64,000 bases of DNA from Lytechinus pictus (lineage: Eukaryota). The notes beneath the pieces were generated by a model, which had not been told where the DNA came from, did no database searches, and worked only from the letters and a program-made list of their open reading frames with translations. Position 1 is the stretch's first letter. Each line of letters begins with the position of its first letter. The stretch covers positions 37,882,001-37,946,000 of the forward strand of contig NC_087251.1 in the NCBI RefSeq assembly GCF_037042905.1. Direction: 5' to 3'. A program made the position numbers and the translations under genes. Positions 62,295 to 64,000 of the stretch are shown in pieces.

Positions 62295-62822
62295 TGAAAG
62301 GGTTCGCGCCGACGACCACACAACACGGACACGACTCACAAGGGCTGAGGTTTCATTGGGTTCTTTTATTTACCAAGGGAAAACAGCCTTTCTATACTTC
62401 AAAGTTAAACTTTCTTCTGTAGGGACAAGTCTCCTCCTCAACAACAAACAGTGGGAATGCCCTTGCTACTGCCAGTGTGTCATGAGTCACTGGACTCTCT
62501 CCCTATCTAACAATAAAAGTGCAATGGTGCACATCAAAGTACAAAAGCATCCCTAAAGGGGGTACATGAATTGGCATTACTGCTACTCCTAAAAAGGCGG
62601 GAAAGAATTAGCCAATGAGCAGAGAGGGAAAGAGTAAGTCAAAGTTGGTAGAAGTACAGAGAGGGAGAAAGAGTACTAAAGATAAAGTTGGCAGATATAA
62701 TGTGAAATATAGATTCATTTTATACATTATATACTGAAATGAAATAATAAAACAAAGTATCCTTTTGACTAGATTTTTTAAAGAAATATTATACAAGAAA
62801 AATCCAATTTAGAGATGCATCA
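62295..62822 (-). repeat. 5' LTR with an aberrant outer end
   Basis: Identical by eye to the other LTR up to 62811, then gagatgcat precedes ca|gtaa. Confidence 0.9.
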
Positions 62823-63494
62823 GTAATGAGCTGAAAAGCGGGAGAAGTTGCCTATATGGAGGTGACGGCAGAAATTGATATAAAGATTTTACCCGCCCGG
62901 AGCCGACCCGACCAGAAGTTGCGCGATCAATTAAAAAAAGATAACATCATATACTTCGGCCTATCCTTACTCTAATTTCATGCCCTAATGTATATATTTG
63001 AACTTTGACGGGCAAGAAACACACATAGCTAAGGTGGAAAAACAGGGTTAGAGAAAGGGTGAGGGAAACAAAGGAGAACTGCAATATTGTCATTTGGAAG
63101 CAAAATTCATATATATAAATTTAGAGCAAGAGTGAAGGAGTTTCTTTTTTTAGAAAAAATTTAAGAATAAAAAGAAAAACCCTCAAAGCTACCTTTCTTC
63201 CCTTTCCTTTCTTCGCTATTCCTTTTCTCCTCTCTTTCCCCCCCCTTTTTTTTTTTGGGGGGGGGGGGGGCGACCGCCCCCATCGCCCCCCCCCCTTGCT
63301 ACACCCCTGGCATGACAACATCATAAAGCTTTGATTTTTGAGACGGTAGACACATAAAACAATACGATACAAACATATGAATGAACTGCATAAACAACAA
63401 TAAGGACGAAAATAATGTTCACATCAATTAATTCCAAATAAAAAAATGTATATACAGTATATAACGCCACTTTAACGCTGCTTGCTATTATTAT

Positions 63495-64000
63495 CAGAGC
63501 CCTGGGAACGATTTTTTGTTCAGTGGGGGTGCTGACATGGGCTAAAATATCTCCTCAAAGGTGGGGGGAGGGGCACAAAAGAGTTTTCCATTGTTCTTTT
63601 ATATAAACACACATGCAAGGACACCCCACACACACATATATATGAGAGTCACTTCTTACCTTTATTCTTATAAAAGATATAGATTTATGATTGAATCGTA
63701 CGAGCTAAAACATTTTGGAAATTAAATGTATTTTGTCCTGAAAATTGAACATTTTGAGCAATGTTTGTGAATTGTGATCCTGAACAAGATGCATATGATA
63801 ATTACGTACTGCGAGTGCGATTAGCGCGAGCAGTTATTTTTAAGAGATACGTTCTAGCTAGCCTGATCACTCGAAAAGGGACCTGTTATAAGGACTGTTT
63901 GCAGTTACCCATGAAGACGATACATATTTCAACAATCAAATAATGCGAGCGCCAAGCGCGAGGTGAAATAGTTGACATTCTGACCTAAAAACTGGACTTT
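63495..64000 (-). mobile_element. Start of another gctcgcgc-array element, opposite orientation to 15326-17264, running off the window
   Basis: tgcgagtgcgattagcgcgagc (about 63810) and tgcgagcgccaagcgcgagg (about 63944) are reverse complements of the array core. Confidence 0.6.

Larger units (their letters stand above)
55792..62822 (-). mobile_element. Full-length, recent Ty3/Gypsy LTR retrotransposon
   Basis: Two LTRs, PBS, PPT, and intact gag and pol (PR-RT-RH-IN order); GTAA flanks at 55788-55791 and 62823-62826. Confidence 0.97.

Noticed and set aside
56578-62556. Plus-strand ORFs inside the Gypsy element and LTR ORFs; possible env or antisense gene
   Set aside because: Short antisense shadows of gag/pol. 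Only about 260 nt separate the pol stop from the 3' LTR, leaving no room for env.

Overview
AT-rich, intron-containing eukaryotic DNA. The repeat families and gene content point to a deuterostome invertebrate, most likely a sea urchin (inference). Genes: (i) the probable 5' non-coding exons of a minus-strand gene leaving the window on the left; (ii) an intronless RING/B-box/B-box/coiled-coil TRIM gene with no C-terminal domain (12304-13437, -); (iii) a complete 5-exon sphingolipid delta-4 desaturase, DEGS/DES1 (18725-22240, +, 330 aa); (iv) an RBM4/lark-type RNA-binding protein gene (47815 to about 35997, -). A very young, intact Ty3/Gypsy LTR retrotransposon lies at 55792-62822 (-), with apparently identical LTRs, a tRNA-Leu PBS and a -1 frameshift signal. 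Many nested non-autonomous DNA transposons and SINEs fill the rest. Most interesting: the lark-like gene has only one RRM N-half exon but two alternative RRM C-half exons (one carrying the CCHC knuckle). Their phases force mutually exclusive splicing, and they are separated and followed by strand-specific RNA stem structures. The gene also has alternative last coding exons and predicted 3'UTR introns. All splice models are read by eye from splice consensus, phase and homology, with no transcript data.
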